NCBI GenBank assembly: GCA_030141605.1
Contig: JAQGDQ010000278.1
Coordinates: 62,001 to 126,000, forward strand
DNA from: Tubiluchus corallicola
Taxonomy: Eukaryota; Animalia; Priapulida
DNA length: 64,000 nt
Direction: 5' to 3'
Shown here: positions 51,481 to 64,000 of the stretch, in pieces
Numbering within the stretch: the first letter of the stretch is position 1
Layout: each line of letters begins with the position of its first letter
Made by a program: the position numbers and the translations under genes
Notes under the pieces: generated by a model
Told to the model about the DNA's origin: nothing
Databases searched by the model: none
The model's input: the letters and a program-made list of their open reading frames with translations, nothing else

Positions 51481-52746
51481 TTTCCTACCGTGCGTCTATC
51501 AGAAGTTTCTCGTTTATGAAAAAAGAAGGTGTAATTCACAGAAATAATGAATTAATTTCTTATTAGATTTTCGTAGCTGTGTTCGTCTTACTGATTACAT
51601 TTTTATGCTGTTAATTAAATTTCGCTGATTTTGAACTAATGTTTTTATCTACTAAGTTGCTGTAAGACGTTTCGCGTTTCATAAATATGTGAGATATGAC
51701 CTACTTACTGATGATGGCACAAACCCACAATTAATTCACTTTAGTAGCCAAATTTTTGAAAAATGAAGAAATTAGAGCACAGTCTAGATTTGAACCAGGA
51801 CCTCCTTTTGCGTACAAAACAAATAGACACCATAAACCGTTTTGTTGCATGTCATGTTTTCAAGCAGTTAAGACAGTCCAAACTTCATCCCTTATCAATA
51901 ATTAAATATATCCAACTTAATTTTTTCAGCAAACCTAAATAATTATATAAATAGCTATTAGGAATTATTACAAATGATATAAACATTTTAAATGTAACAG
52001 CTAGAACAGTACCCAATGTAAGTTCACTTGCTAGTTTTACCAGTAACTCGGTGTTCGTGAACATTGTGGTTAAATTGGGTTAATTTTAGTCGATAGTCAT
52101 TCTTTACTGGTTTATTGTTCGCTGCGCCGTCTAAAATGGCCGCCTGTTATTTTCCCACCCCAGTCGGCGCTGTGCAAACAAGAAATCATGAGATGCATAA
52201 AAATGTGCCCATTTTATAGCTGCTGTCACCATTTTATCGATATCCTTCTTTTATCATGAGTTAGCAAATAAGACGGTAATGGGCATGGAGTTACCAATAG
52301 TCATGATTCTGCAAAATTTATGTCTCTCTTTTCTGTGCCTTGCTAGCGACAAGGTCAAATGATACTTTCACGACGACGCATATTATAGGGCCTTTATCTT
52401 TTTTTCACGAATATTGTATTGAAAGGGAAGCGTCCTTGTGTAGATTTACAATACATAAATGCACAAATAAAATACATAACGACACCACATACTAAAAAGT
52501 ATATACTTTCATAGATGTAACGGTGATAAATGAATTTTTCAACTTCTTTTTAAGAAGTGACCAACTTCAAAGTGTTATTATAATGAGAGTACTCAACGGG
52601 GAGTCAAAACTGCGTAAAAATTGTTATCAGTAATTTGTACAAACAATTCATTTTTAGAGTGAATTCATTTTTAAATTGGGAAAAAGAAATCGTTATCAAA
52701 CCAGAATATAAATGAAAACCTAGATGGAAAACTGATAAAAACTTTA

Positions 52747-52950
52747 GATAAGATAAGATAAACATTTATTTTACGTCGATTTTAAAAAGACACAGGTACA
52801 AGCTGCAAAGAGATTACGTCACGGACAAGTAAATAAAATTATTCAACTATACTTGAAAACTAATTAAATTAAATACTGTACAATTAAGAGTTACATACTG
52901 TATCAATTACTTTATTTGCCTAAATTTCCTTGAAAGTTTTATACTACCAT
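52747..52950 (-). mobile_element. Probable LINE 3'-end remnant with (TATCT)n tail
   Basis: The minus strand has AATAAATGTT followed by (TATCT)3, after a T-rich UTR. Confidence 0.35.
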
Positions 52951-53835
52951 TCATGTGCCAAATTTGCAGTTTTAAAACCTAGAAATCACTCGGACAAAAA
53001 GATGAAAACCCGATTGAAGAGATTGAACAACATATGATATACTCATATACAGCAGTATCCTTAAAAACAAAGAGAATTATAATCTACCTTCTATCTTTAA
53101 AAATATAAGCTAAAGTGTACACTATAGCACGAATGTGTAACTTAATCAGAAGTTTGAAGTAGGCTCTTAGGTAATTATTCTAGAATTCTTGACATGATGG
53201 CGAAGAAGTAAGAAAACGGCTTACACGCTGCTGAGACTAGAGGTGATCTAAATTTAGTCGCCGGCTTTCTTTTTGAAAACCTCTTGAAATTTTTGTGAAA
53301 AAATGTAACCAAGTGTAAGATTATTCCTCAAGTATTTGAACAAAAAGACAACGAGCGTCCTTTGCATGAAAAAATAGCAAGTTTTGGTGATACTAGACCC
53401 GCCTGCTCGGTGTGTGGCCAATAATCCGATCAGATCTCAGCTAAACTGATAAAACCACACGTATGTAAAACACCAAACTTATCACATGCCTAGCAGATAC
53501 AGGCATTACTGTTGGCACTGAAGCAATAATTTAAGCTTACTCACAAAAAGTGGTTTACTTAGTTGTAGAAAAAAATTCATGAAATTGAAATTTGGGTTTA
53601 CGATTTAGAAATGCGTGTCCATCATCACCGTCAACGTCGAAATAATAATCACTATCAACACCGAATGAAAGGGTGAAAAATGGAAAACTCACTTCAGTCA
53701 CTTGGCTTATTACCATTTAATTGAGATGCCATTTTATTAAGTTGAGTTGACTTTGGGTCTGTTTTATTATTTAAATTTTATAAAGTTTTTACTTTTGCAA
53801 AATTCGTGTATGCTTGTGAAAAAGATACTACTGCC

Positions 53836-54073
53836 ACTAACGACGATGCCGCAGACGATAACGACGACCACGACAATAATGATGATGATGATGGTGATGA
53901 CGACGAGGATGACGGTGACAACGATGACGACGGTGACGATGATGATGATGACGACTGCAACAACAACAAAGAAGATGCCGATGATGATGAAATGCTGATA
54001 AAATATTGATTAAAATCATTAAAACAACAAAACAAATAAATATCGTTACCATCATCATCATCATCATCATCAT
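53836..54073. repeat. Degenerate (GAT/GAC)n tract followed by an opposite-orientation (CAT)n tract
   Basis: Directly visible. Confidence 0.9.
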
Positions 54074-57000
54074 TTACATCATTATCAACTGCAATACATT
54101 TTTTCATGAAATCTTCTGCACTGTTGTCCAAGTGCATGTGAAGTTTAAACATTTTAGTAAGAAACAGAACTGAACCACAGACAAACACTAATATGTCAAT
54201 AGTTGCGATTATGGCATCTTCTTAATGTTTTTATTACTTGTTACGTTAAATTCCAGCAAATCTGAAATTAACTTGAGCTTGGGGCAGCAGGCCCACAAGG
54301 TAACAAGCTTATTGATATTTCCAAAACTGGTGAGTGGAGGCTTTTCATTACTTACCGTCTAGTACCTGCTAAAAGTGAGCCATTCAAAAGCTCTTTTTAG
54401 CGGCAAATCTTTCTAAATGGGGTCAATTTCCCCAGGAAATCAGCTTTCCTGAAAGGGAAAATACTTACCGTAGCTCAGGTGCTTGAGGTTTTTCGTGCAG
54501 TTAAAAATTTCCTGCGCATGTGGTCCTTTTAATTGTTATTAACAAACATAGTTGTGAGTATATAACACAATGATTAAAATTTACCCTAAAATTTGCACTA
54601 AGAACCAAATTGTGTTTGGTCACTAAGTTTAGCAACACCGATCGGGGAAAATTGTTTCAGTGTGGATAAATTCATCTGCCATACTCCCTTTCCCTACTCT
54701 TCTCGTTGAGGGCGGATGTACACGAGTCCAAATAAGACCGTGGCAGCTTTGCTAGTATACTTTTTCATCTTAGAAGCTGATCTTTTTTAATGAGCTACGT
54801 TCCGATATTGCAAACTCTTGTACTCTAATTATGAGTTATATCATCATGGGTTAAATTAGGTAACCCACAACAAAAGAATTTGCTAAAAGATGTGCAAGTT
54901 TCAAACTCGCTAAGGGTTCCAGTTTATTTAAATGTTTAATCTAAAAGTTAAAGAAAAGAAAAAGTTCAAAAATATTTAATATTTGTTTGACGGTATGGGC
55001 GAAAACATTCCTGGTGCAAGTATTCATTTGTAACCCATTTAATTATCATTTTACAAGCTTAACACTGAAATTAATATTTACTATCTTCAAGCTTCGTTGT
55101 TTTCAAAATTATGCACATTTGCACATATTGAACGGTATACAGTGTACACCGAACTGATGGAAGTGCACACAGGAGTACCATTGTCCACCCCAAGACTAAT
55201 TCTTCTTTTCCAAACGTCGGTCAGTAAAATACCGGTAAGAATTTTTTGTCCGAATAATCCGACTTGTATTGGCCGGATTTGGCGCGATCGTGGGTCAAAA
55301 TTGCATTCTCAAAATATAAGCATATATCACCTTTGAAATTCGAATAAAAAGGTGTTTTCACAAAAGCCCGAAAAGCACTTTTAGCCATTGTCAATTGAGC
55401 GAGGCTACCAAGCACTTGATACAAAATGTGTCTGGGCTCACTTCAGTTAAAACTGTTTACTGACGAGCGCTCTTTGTAAGCTGAAAATGTGGTGGATTTC
55501 AACAAAAATCTGTTTAGTGTGTAGAAGTAGCTGTTTGAATAAAATGAATTTGCTTATATCAGGAAATAAGATTAAACGCCTATAGCTTTTGTGACCTGTC
55601 AAGGTAAATTAGCCAGCCGTTTGCATCTTAAAGATGCAATGTGAGTATTTTTACTCTCACGATTGACTGCAGATGGCGGTACAAATAAGCACAACGATTG
55701 GCACTGTAGAATAGAACGAAAACTAAATAATAGTAAATAATTGTAATTTAATTTTTATTGATATGTTGTGTTGCAATGAATCCAATCATTTATTTACAAT
55801 GGCGTTTGCAAAATTAGTTTTTGAATTGTGAAGAGCGGGTAGCATTTTTGGCAAGTTGCATTTTATTAAAGTGTCTATTCAAAAATTGGTGGGTCATGTC
55901 TGTCATGATAATAATCCAGTTTGTGATGATATGTTACGGATTTAAATCATCGGTGGTTGTACCTGGACCAGGCATTATTTAGTTCCTAGTTTAGTTAGAT
56001 GGCGATACTCCCAGGACCCAGCTGTAACCAAAATGTAAACATTTCATGAGTAGAGAAAATTTTTCGAGTACTTCAAAGTTGTACTACCAACTGGTGTTGA
56101 GGTTTTGTTTTCTACTTTAGAACGTACATAAATTTACTGTAATTTAAACGCCAACAGATACGGCTTTAATGCGTAATTTGGTAAGCCAATTCTAAACGTA
56201 AACGTAATTACTATATTTGCGAATTTAAAGATTTATGATTTAGAATTTAAATGGTTTTATCTCACGTACTCTGTAAAAAATACTATGTACAAAATATAAC
56301 AATGTACAAAAACAGTTCCAAAACGCGGGGCAAAGTAGTCCCCTCCTCATCCCATGAGGTCCTCTGCATGTTGCATTATTTGATGATTAATAAATAAGTG
56401 GTTAGATAAGTAATTATGAGAGACAGTTCTGATGCGAAATATTTATATTTGAATTTACTCAAGCTGTAAATTTACATTGTGAAATAGTAGAATTTAAAAA
56501 GCATAATGCGAAAGGGTTATGCATGCCTGTAAATTCTGAATTTATATATGTACATAACACACAGACCAGATAACTGAATACTTATATGTCTTTGGAACAT
56601 ACTTTAATGGAACATTGCCAAATTCCTTAGTGCATCAGATATTTCTAAGCCTTGAACAAAACATAATTAGAAAGCATCATTTGAGTCACAGTTGAGGTAC
56701 AAAACCTTTTCAGGCTCTCTAATTTAGTACTACCTTGTGTGTTTATGTGATTTTATTTTAGCAAAAGAAAGTGGATATTGCGATAATAATCTGACAATTT
56801 AAGCTTAACGATTAATTGCGCCTGTTTTAATGTACCAGTGATCACACCTGGGCACCTTGCTAGTCTTCGAATCTCAGCCACTGTTCATTAATTAAACAGG
56901 CAGTAATAAAGCAGTATTTCGTGAAGGAAAATACCGAGAGTGACACGCTAATGGATTTTATATTTATGCTCAAGCAGTTACCATAAAAGTTATACCCAAA

Positions 57001-58205
57001 GCTGCAGGCTTGTAGGACTAAATGGGTTTCCTTGCAAACTTGTATGAAAAATACACCTTAATGCAATCACTCTGTAGTTCTCTGTGAAAGCTTTGTTGCG
57101 GCTGTTTTTTCGTGTGCGCATGCGCCAGGTGTGGCTGGAGCAACTTTCTAATAGCCCAGTTTGTATTTTGTAAATTTTGATGTTTTAAACTGCTTAAAAG
57201 TGAATTTAAATTTTAATCTTTTGGTCTATAAGTAAGTTGGATTTAATTTTTATTACTGTGGCTGTTTTACGTGGTTTCCTCTATTTCAAAATGCACTCTG
57301 ATGTAGTGTGAACCATTTTTTCCTAACTGATTCACAAATCATTTTATAATAGGATAAGTTTTTTCCATATTTTGATTTTAATTTTTCAATTTTTTGTGAA
57401 AAGTTTGCATTATCTAACTATTTTAAATCGTCATTTTAGTATTACTTTTATGTATTTTTTCTGTACAGTGTTCAAGTACATATTTATGTGGATTTTACGC
57501 TATACAAAAAATAAATACTTAAACATGGGTTCCCTGGACCAGTGGCCACCCAGGCAGATCATCACCTGTCATCTGCGTTTGTAAAATCGATGTTTGCAGG
57601 TCACTGGCCTAATTAACATCGAGTATTCTAGTACTTTCCCTTAATTTAACGCAGCTTTTCTACAGTTTATCTATTTTAGTCTTTTTGTGGTTGCCATCGC
57701 AGTATTGTCCTTTCTGTGTTGAAAGTGTTAATAGGACTGGCTTATCTCGCCCTTTATAAACTCTACTTCCGTTCAGCTCCACATTAAAGCCGTGAACAGG
57801 TGAATTTCACAACAGCGTGGCGGCCATGTCCCGCCGTGAAAATAATTCGACTAGAAAAAAGGCTGCCTCTGTGTTTAAAGTCTGTTTGCAGACTTTGTTC
57901 GTAAACTCTGTTTATTAGAAGATTATGGAGAGTATAAAGCTAATCACCGATTCTTCCAAACACCGTGCAGAGAAATGTGAAAACTCCAACAATCCACGTT
58001 CTGGAAGAGACTTTTTAACATTTTTCTATGGCTCATTGTAGTTCATTTAAGTTCGTAATTATCGAATTGCATATTATGTCGATACGATTTTCAGTATATG
58101 AATGAAACGGTAAGACTAAATCTGATCCTGATGTTGCAAGCTCACAATTAATTAAATTTTGATATCAAACTTGAAAGACAGGAAATGTGAAAAAGTTGGG
58201 ATAAA

Positions 58206-58277
58206 TGCCTGGATTTGAACCATGAACGAGGGATCCCACCGCTTATAAGGCAAACGCCTTAGATCACTAAGCCATCT
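58206..58277 (-). other. tRNA-derived sequence (SINE-head-like) inside a MITE-like repeat; not a functional tRNA
   Basis: Minus strand GATGGCTTAGTGATCTAAGGCG...GGTTCAAATCCAGGC has A-box and B-box. A related copy is at ~51710-51830. Confidence 0.6.
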
Positions 58278-61200
58278 CATTCCCCAGTCATAAAAGCAGT
58301 TCAAACTTCTTCTCTTATAGCGGACCAACCGATTTCAGCATTTTGAATGTTAGATCATTCACACAAGAGTGATTCTAATTAACTAAATTAATTTTTATAT
58401 TTTGATTAATTTTGACCCTGAAATTTTCGCGGATAATTTTGGTTTGTGCGCCATCATTAATAGCAATTTTACATTATAATAATCAAATCTAGTCCTGTAT
58501 TTCAAAGAGTTTATGTTTATTTGAAACATTATTTCAAAATAAAATTAATAGTAGCTTTTTCTTTCTTTAACTTTTACTTGCAAAAAACTCTATTGCGTTT
58601 ATATGTAGTTAAATTTTCCAAATGTTTTGCTGTGTGCTGTTATTACGCATTGCACTATTTAATATAAAATTTGCCATAAAAATGAGTAGCGCATAGTTGA
58701 CGAAGCGCGTAGCGTTTTATTATATTTCCGGTTCCGCCCACCTCATTTTCCGGCAGGAAATACTCATCAATGAAAAGGTCTTTTACAGAAACCCTGGTGG
58801 CATTATAAGCTGCTCTGCTGCTATTTTCGTACCTAGATTACATTTTTCCTGAGTGGAACGGCGCAGCTAGAAAGCAATAAATTGTATACACGCCTAATAG
58901 TCTTTTCCTGCAAAGATTATCAATGGGTCGGCTTTGCCTCGAGTTAAATTGCTAAGCTATTTCCAGATTTGCCGATGGGCCTTTACACTTGAATGAGGAA
59001 GCCAAAGACTGGCTTCTTTCGCCATGCACACGTGTTAACTCTTCTGCAAGGCAACACTGTAAATGTTTTTTCTGCAGTTCTTTCATTCTTGCCGTGTTCT
59101 GCCCGAGTGTGTTAGAGTCATAATGTTTGACAGCTGGGGCAAACCACAAATCAAACACCTAGACGTTCATAGACACCATTTTGTTTTTGAGTCATGTACT
59201 ACACACTCGTCTAGTTTAATGATTTCTAAGCTTTTTCTAAATTAATTACTGGAAGCTGCTGTCATTTGCGATTTTGACGTATATTTCGATGTATTTCGCC
59301 GAACGACGAAAATTATTATTAATTTAAAAACGAGTTTTCTTAAGGTTTTGGCTCATGCAAGTATGGCTGACCCTTGCAGTTTCGAATGGCGATTTTCTTT
59401 TCAACGCAACTTTGGATAACTTTCTTTAGACAACTCTTAAAAGCCTGCAGTATTCTTGTTATAAAAGAATTTTTTGTGCGTTATACTATTTATTGTCGCT
59501 TACTTTAGGGGCCGTAGACAACTTTCAAAAGATAATGATATTGATAATCATAATGCTAATAGTAACATGATAAAGATAACATGAATTCACAGCGCTGCAT
59601 AATTGCTTGTATGAGATTCGAACCCGAGACTGAGATTAATGAGTTTATACGTTTGGAATCATAATCATTCTAATAAGCGAGCTTGAAAGATGATGTTTCT
59701 TTACCTCGACTGTAAATTCTTCACGGCTTCGTCAAAATAGAACTAGACCGCCAAGATGTGCATCGTGAAAAAGTCAGGAGTGTTCCAATAAACTACTTGC
59801 ACGATATTCTATTTCATGATTTTACACCAGTTTATATTATAGGGCTATAACCAAGTTATATAACACTAGAAGGCGAGGAGGGCTAAATAGTTTACGATGC
59901 TCATTAGCAGCTAGAATTTAACAACTGCAGTAAAATTAAATGCCATGAAACTTGCATTGCCTACACACGTCAATAAGTTAAGAAACTCAAGGCGTTAGTC
60001 TAGAAGATAGAGTTAGAAACATTAAAGCCTGTGTGGGCAGAAATAAAAATTGTTTGAACAATCGACAGTTTTGCGTCGAGTGAGTTGAGCCATTTTATTC
60101 TTCTAGCAAACTTGCACCCGTACAGTGAGCTGAACAGGTTATGAATATGCGTTACCTGGCCAACCAGCCTACGGGTAATGTTACGATCTCCGGTCTAAAC
60201 CAGGAGGCCTGTAACGTTACCCGAGATTGGCTGAGCAGTGGCTTCCTATATAGAAATTGTTTTGAAGATGCCAAACTAGCACGTGACGTCATTATGTGTA
60301 CTTCACACCTGTCTGCCTGCCAAGTGTAGTTTTTTCAGATTTGAAGCATTTATCACTAGGATTATGTATTTTAGTCGTCCCTTTACGTCTCTAAAATGTC
60401 TTCAGTTTGTTCTTCAATTTTAGTTTAGTATGCAGCGTCTACCAGCTTAATCTATGGCGGGCCGTGAAGCCATCCACCGGGTCGGTAGCCTTCAGAAGCC
60501 GTGCGCGAGGGTCCAACTGCAGAACAATAATTTGGCCTCGGCGCAATGTTACTCTTCGGGGTGACTTCTTCAGCTAACGTTAGTCTTTCGAGGAAACTGT
60601 CTTCTAAGATAACTGTATTTAGTGAAGTTATGAATGAGAAATTTAGAAAAGTAAGATTTTAGCAAGTATCAGAAGAAAAGCGTGGTTACATTACTGGCAA
60701 GCTTGGGCCCGTTTTATTATAGCCTGAAGTGATTAAGCTATATCGTGGTTTGTCTGAACTCGTTAATAACCACATTAAATCACGGTAAGCGAAACCGCGA
60801 TTCCGAAAACCGGGTTTATGAGTTCCAGGAAGAGTTCAGCACCTGGCTTCCTGGCTTCATCTGGAAAAAGTTAAGCACCTGGCTTGATTAAGCCATTAAT
60901 TACCTTTCATTACTACAACATTAGACTTTTTACACACTCTTTAAGTAAAAGTAGCTTTCACGAGGTTAATTTCCTACTTAGTTTGATATTTTAGTTTTGT
61001 GAAATATTTTCCAAAAACTGGTATTGTATTATTTCGGTCTTTCGTTTTTCAGTTTTCACTGTGGTCCGCTAATTCATGGACGTAAAAGGATCCAATGTGA
61101 CAGAAAATACTAATAATATTACATGTCTGTTGTTTTGTTACAGGCAACATGGTTAGATCTTGTGAACAAATATAAATTTATAGTCGCCTATATGTTTTTG

Positions 61201-62384
61201 ATACTGGCCTGTGTTACTGTCAAACATGGCAAATGCATTTAAATAATGGCATTTTAAACATCACTGACTAAATTTAATATCATTAATCGCCTTTATCTGC
61301 ACATTTCTTGGAAATAGATGCGCCCCCTAAAGTCTTACATAGTTATGTAAGTTTTTGTTAATGTCTGCAAAGAACTGCAATGGTTCAGTAGTTATATCAG
61401 CACATTAGCACAGCTGGTTGCCTTGTTTAGCACAGGGAGGAAGTGAGCAAGTGTGCTGTAAAGATATAGGTAGATAAGGGAAGCCAAACATGTGCTTAAC
61501 ATGTTCCGACACGCAGTGTTGGTTATTAATAACGTTTTTATCAGTAGGCGCCTGTGTGAAAACGATCTACACTGTGACCACAAAAATGTGAATTATCACT
61601 AGTTTCACCGCGTGTGTGATTCTAGTGATGTCCTTTAACTTCTTACGACGCGCGCGACGCAAACGTCGCGGGCGACGCTGAAGCCGGAAGTGCAATTAGT
61701 TTCAGTAGTAATTTGGCTTCAGCAAGTAGCGGTCTGGCTTCAGATAGCATTACACTGTTAGCGTGGGAGGTCTGAACTCACGCGCAAAGAAACCCCCGTC
61801 TTCACCACCACCATCACCACCTCTTTCATAAATGTCCATCAAAACGCTGTGAATAAACAAATGTGAGCAATGACGAAAAATACAGGCCGCTACACCACTA
61901 CTTGTTGGTCTATAGAATTCGCAAGTAATTCAAGCATAATTAGTGAACGTTTTGACTCTATCGAAAACTGTCAAGAAAGATTTTCTTTTGTGACAGGAGA
62001 TGATTTATATGACAGCTTTTGTTTCGAACTTGCAAATAAAAACGATTTTTAAACTATTTATTTTAAATTATGTACGTAAATAAGTTGTGCTTGACAAGAA
62101 TTTCTTTGAAATCGTCCAGACTTTTCATTTGATGTAATACAAGTATTGTTGCTTAACACTGAAAATATTCACCTCTCAATTTAGGCTTAACTCATGCCAT
62201 TCAGTTTCCGTTATGGAGATTTTTTATTTGATATATTACAGCTAATGTTGTTCGTTACTGGAAGCATTTGCCGCCAAACCAACCGTAAATAGATTTTTAC
62301 GTAAATAGATGGCATTTTTGTCGATGGGGAAACCAAAAGTAATCATTTTGATTAACACTGCATGAATAGTTATTGGGTTCTGGA

Positions 62385-62632
62385 TGATAAGTACTTTCTC
62401 CCGCGCTTCTTATATGTATAAATTCTCCACGAGAAAAAATTAGTTTTCCCGAAAACGACTACCTTCCTCGATGCCAGAAGAACGTCAACAAATACGTTCT
62501 ATGACGAGCAAATTAATTATAGGAATTCTGCTCCACTGGACATGTGTTCACATCTTCACCTTCTTAATGTTGTCCGTTTACTTGAGTGACCACTGGTCTT
62601 ATCCGGGTGATTTTCATAAAAACTGATTTTTT
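62385..62632 (+). repeat. ~245-bp dispersed direct repeat, copy 1
   Basis: Collinear diverged match to 63720-63970 (GCTTCTTA, ACGAGAAAA, CGAAAACGA, TTCTATGAC, CTTGAGTG.CCA.TGG). Confidence 0.85.
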
Positions 62633-63719
62633 TATGGGAACTGTACAACATTTTTTTGGTTGCAACATACAACATACTCAGCTGTGATGAAAATATAATC
62701 CAATAAACGCATCGAAAGCGATACTAAATTAGAACGTCTGAAAACTTGCACACCGCTGGGGCTCGAACTCATGACATTCCGCTTTCCGGACGTTTATGTT
62801 AACTATTTTATTTTGTTTAAATTGTCATGAAGACGTACAATTTGGAGAGGCAGTTAATATGTAATGCACGTAAAAATTAGGTCACAAATGTAAATATTAT
62901 ATAAAAATAGTTCATAAGCAGAGCAAAGAAACCACGTCTTCGACTGGAATGGAAACGACGTCTCGGTCTCTCAGTACACCAGTAACTTATTAACCATCGG
63001 TCATTTGTATTTATTTTAAATACCTTTTAAGCCCTACACGTTTACCCTTAGTTTTATGAATGAAATTTGCTCTGGTGCCAGTGTAGTTTTGTAAATTCTC
63101 TACGTCTAGTTCGCGCACGTGGTATAAGTTTGTTTTGTTCAAAATTGCTATGATTTCGTGGCCACGCTCTTTTCCCCTAGACGCCTCGTGTTTTCTAAAC
63201 AAACGGCTAATTTTTGGTCGTTAAGCACTTTTCTGCACGGCCATTTTTCATGGGGTAAAACTTGCGGAAAATATCAATGAGACCGCATGAAACATATGGA
63301 TGAAATTAGTAATGCTTGCTTTCAACTGCCCTCTTTGAAGTTGAGCGCGCATGCGCCATGCTGTGACATCCGAATCCATGAAAATTAATAACACTTCACA
63401 TGAAGTGTAATTTTTGACTATTTCTTTTATGTACTTAGTACTCTATATTTTTTTAAGAAATACCATTCGCATGGTGTGATTCCAGTCCGGACTCACTATT
63501 TACGTACATTTATGCAATGCTAACTCTTTTTGGCTTTTTTGTGTCGATTATCTCAGACTGTCAGTCTTGTTATTTTTTAATGACTAAACGCAGTTACTTA
63601 TCCTTTTAGCAAATTGGCACACTTAGTAATATAGTATACCAACAGACGTAGTATACCAACTTGGAAACTGAAAGCCATCACTTTGGTTAATATTTCATGG
63701 ATACTAATTGAATACTGAA

Positions 63720-63970
63720 TGATAAATTCTTTCCCTCGGGCTTCTTACATGTGTAATTCTCTACGAGAAAATTGTTTCTTCGAAAACGAAAACCCTCACT
63801 CGATTCAAGCAAGAAAAACATAAACAGGTATCTTCTATGACTAACAAATTAGTTACTGGACTTCTATTTCTCTGGCACGCATATTCACATTATCACTTTT
63901 TACTGTAGTTCATGTCCTTGAGTGGCCATTGGCTTTGTCTTGAGCGATTTCCGTAAAAAATGATTTTTCC
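63720..63970 (+). repeat. ~250-bp dispersed direct repeat, copy 2
   Basis: Collinear diverged match to 62385-62632. Confidence 0.85.
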
Positions 63971-64000
63971 AAAAGCCTCCAAAATGATTAATATTCAGCC

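Noticed and set aside
53747-54188. Acidic or Ser-rich ORFs
   Set aside because: (GAT/GAC)n low-complexity sequence.
55455-55495. Hammerhead-like CTGACGA...GAAA
   Set aside because: The stem II register is broken and no stem I or III can be found.
58206-58277. Functional tRNA gene
   Set aside because: A and B boxes are present but the acceptor and anticodon stems do not pair; treated as a SINE-like relic.
60545-60580. Minus-strand CTGAAGAAGTCAC hammerhead-like start
   Set aside because: The GAAA box after the putative stem II is missing.

Overview
AT-rich metazoan (invertebrate-type) genomic DNA that is almost entirely non-coding, with no prokaryotic features, no CRISPR array and no intact long ORF. 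The window appears to be the 5' part of one large plus-strand gene for an EF-hand-containing rhomboid protease (RHBDL1/3, Drosophila rho-4 type). Two exons are well supported: a 24-nt microexon (11087-11110, KWKALFDK) and a 165-nt exon (25849-26013, YDTEGFGE...ITLEEFVKL), joined in phase 0 across a 14.7-kb intron. No downstream exon was found in the remaining ~38 kb. The introns hold decayed non-LTR retrotransposons (Proto2-like, RTEX-like, I/R1-group-like, L2/CR1-like), TIR-bounded non-autonomous DNA elements (Kolobok-like TTAA, Harbinger-like TAA, hAT-like), tRNA-derived heads, Penelope-type hammerhead relics, compound microsatellites and a 48/50-bp minisatellite with higher-order structure. 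Family assignments come from motif recognition by eye and from memory, not from database searches. I see no clear evidence of a wholly new biological system. The best leads are the microexon with neural-microexon-like cis signals, a LINE inserted in a (TC)n tract, a TIR element carrying a LINE RT fragment and an RT-deleted LINE.
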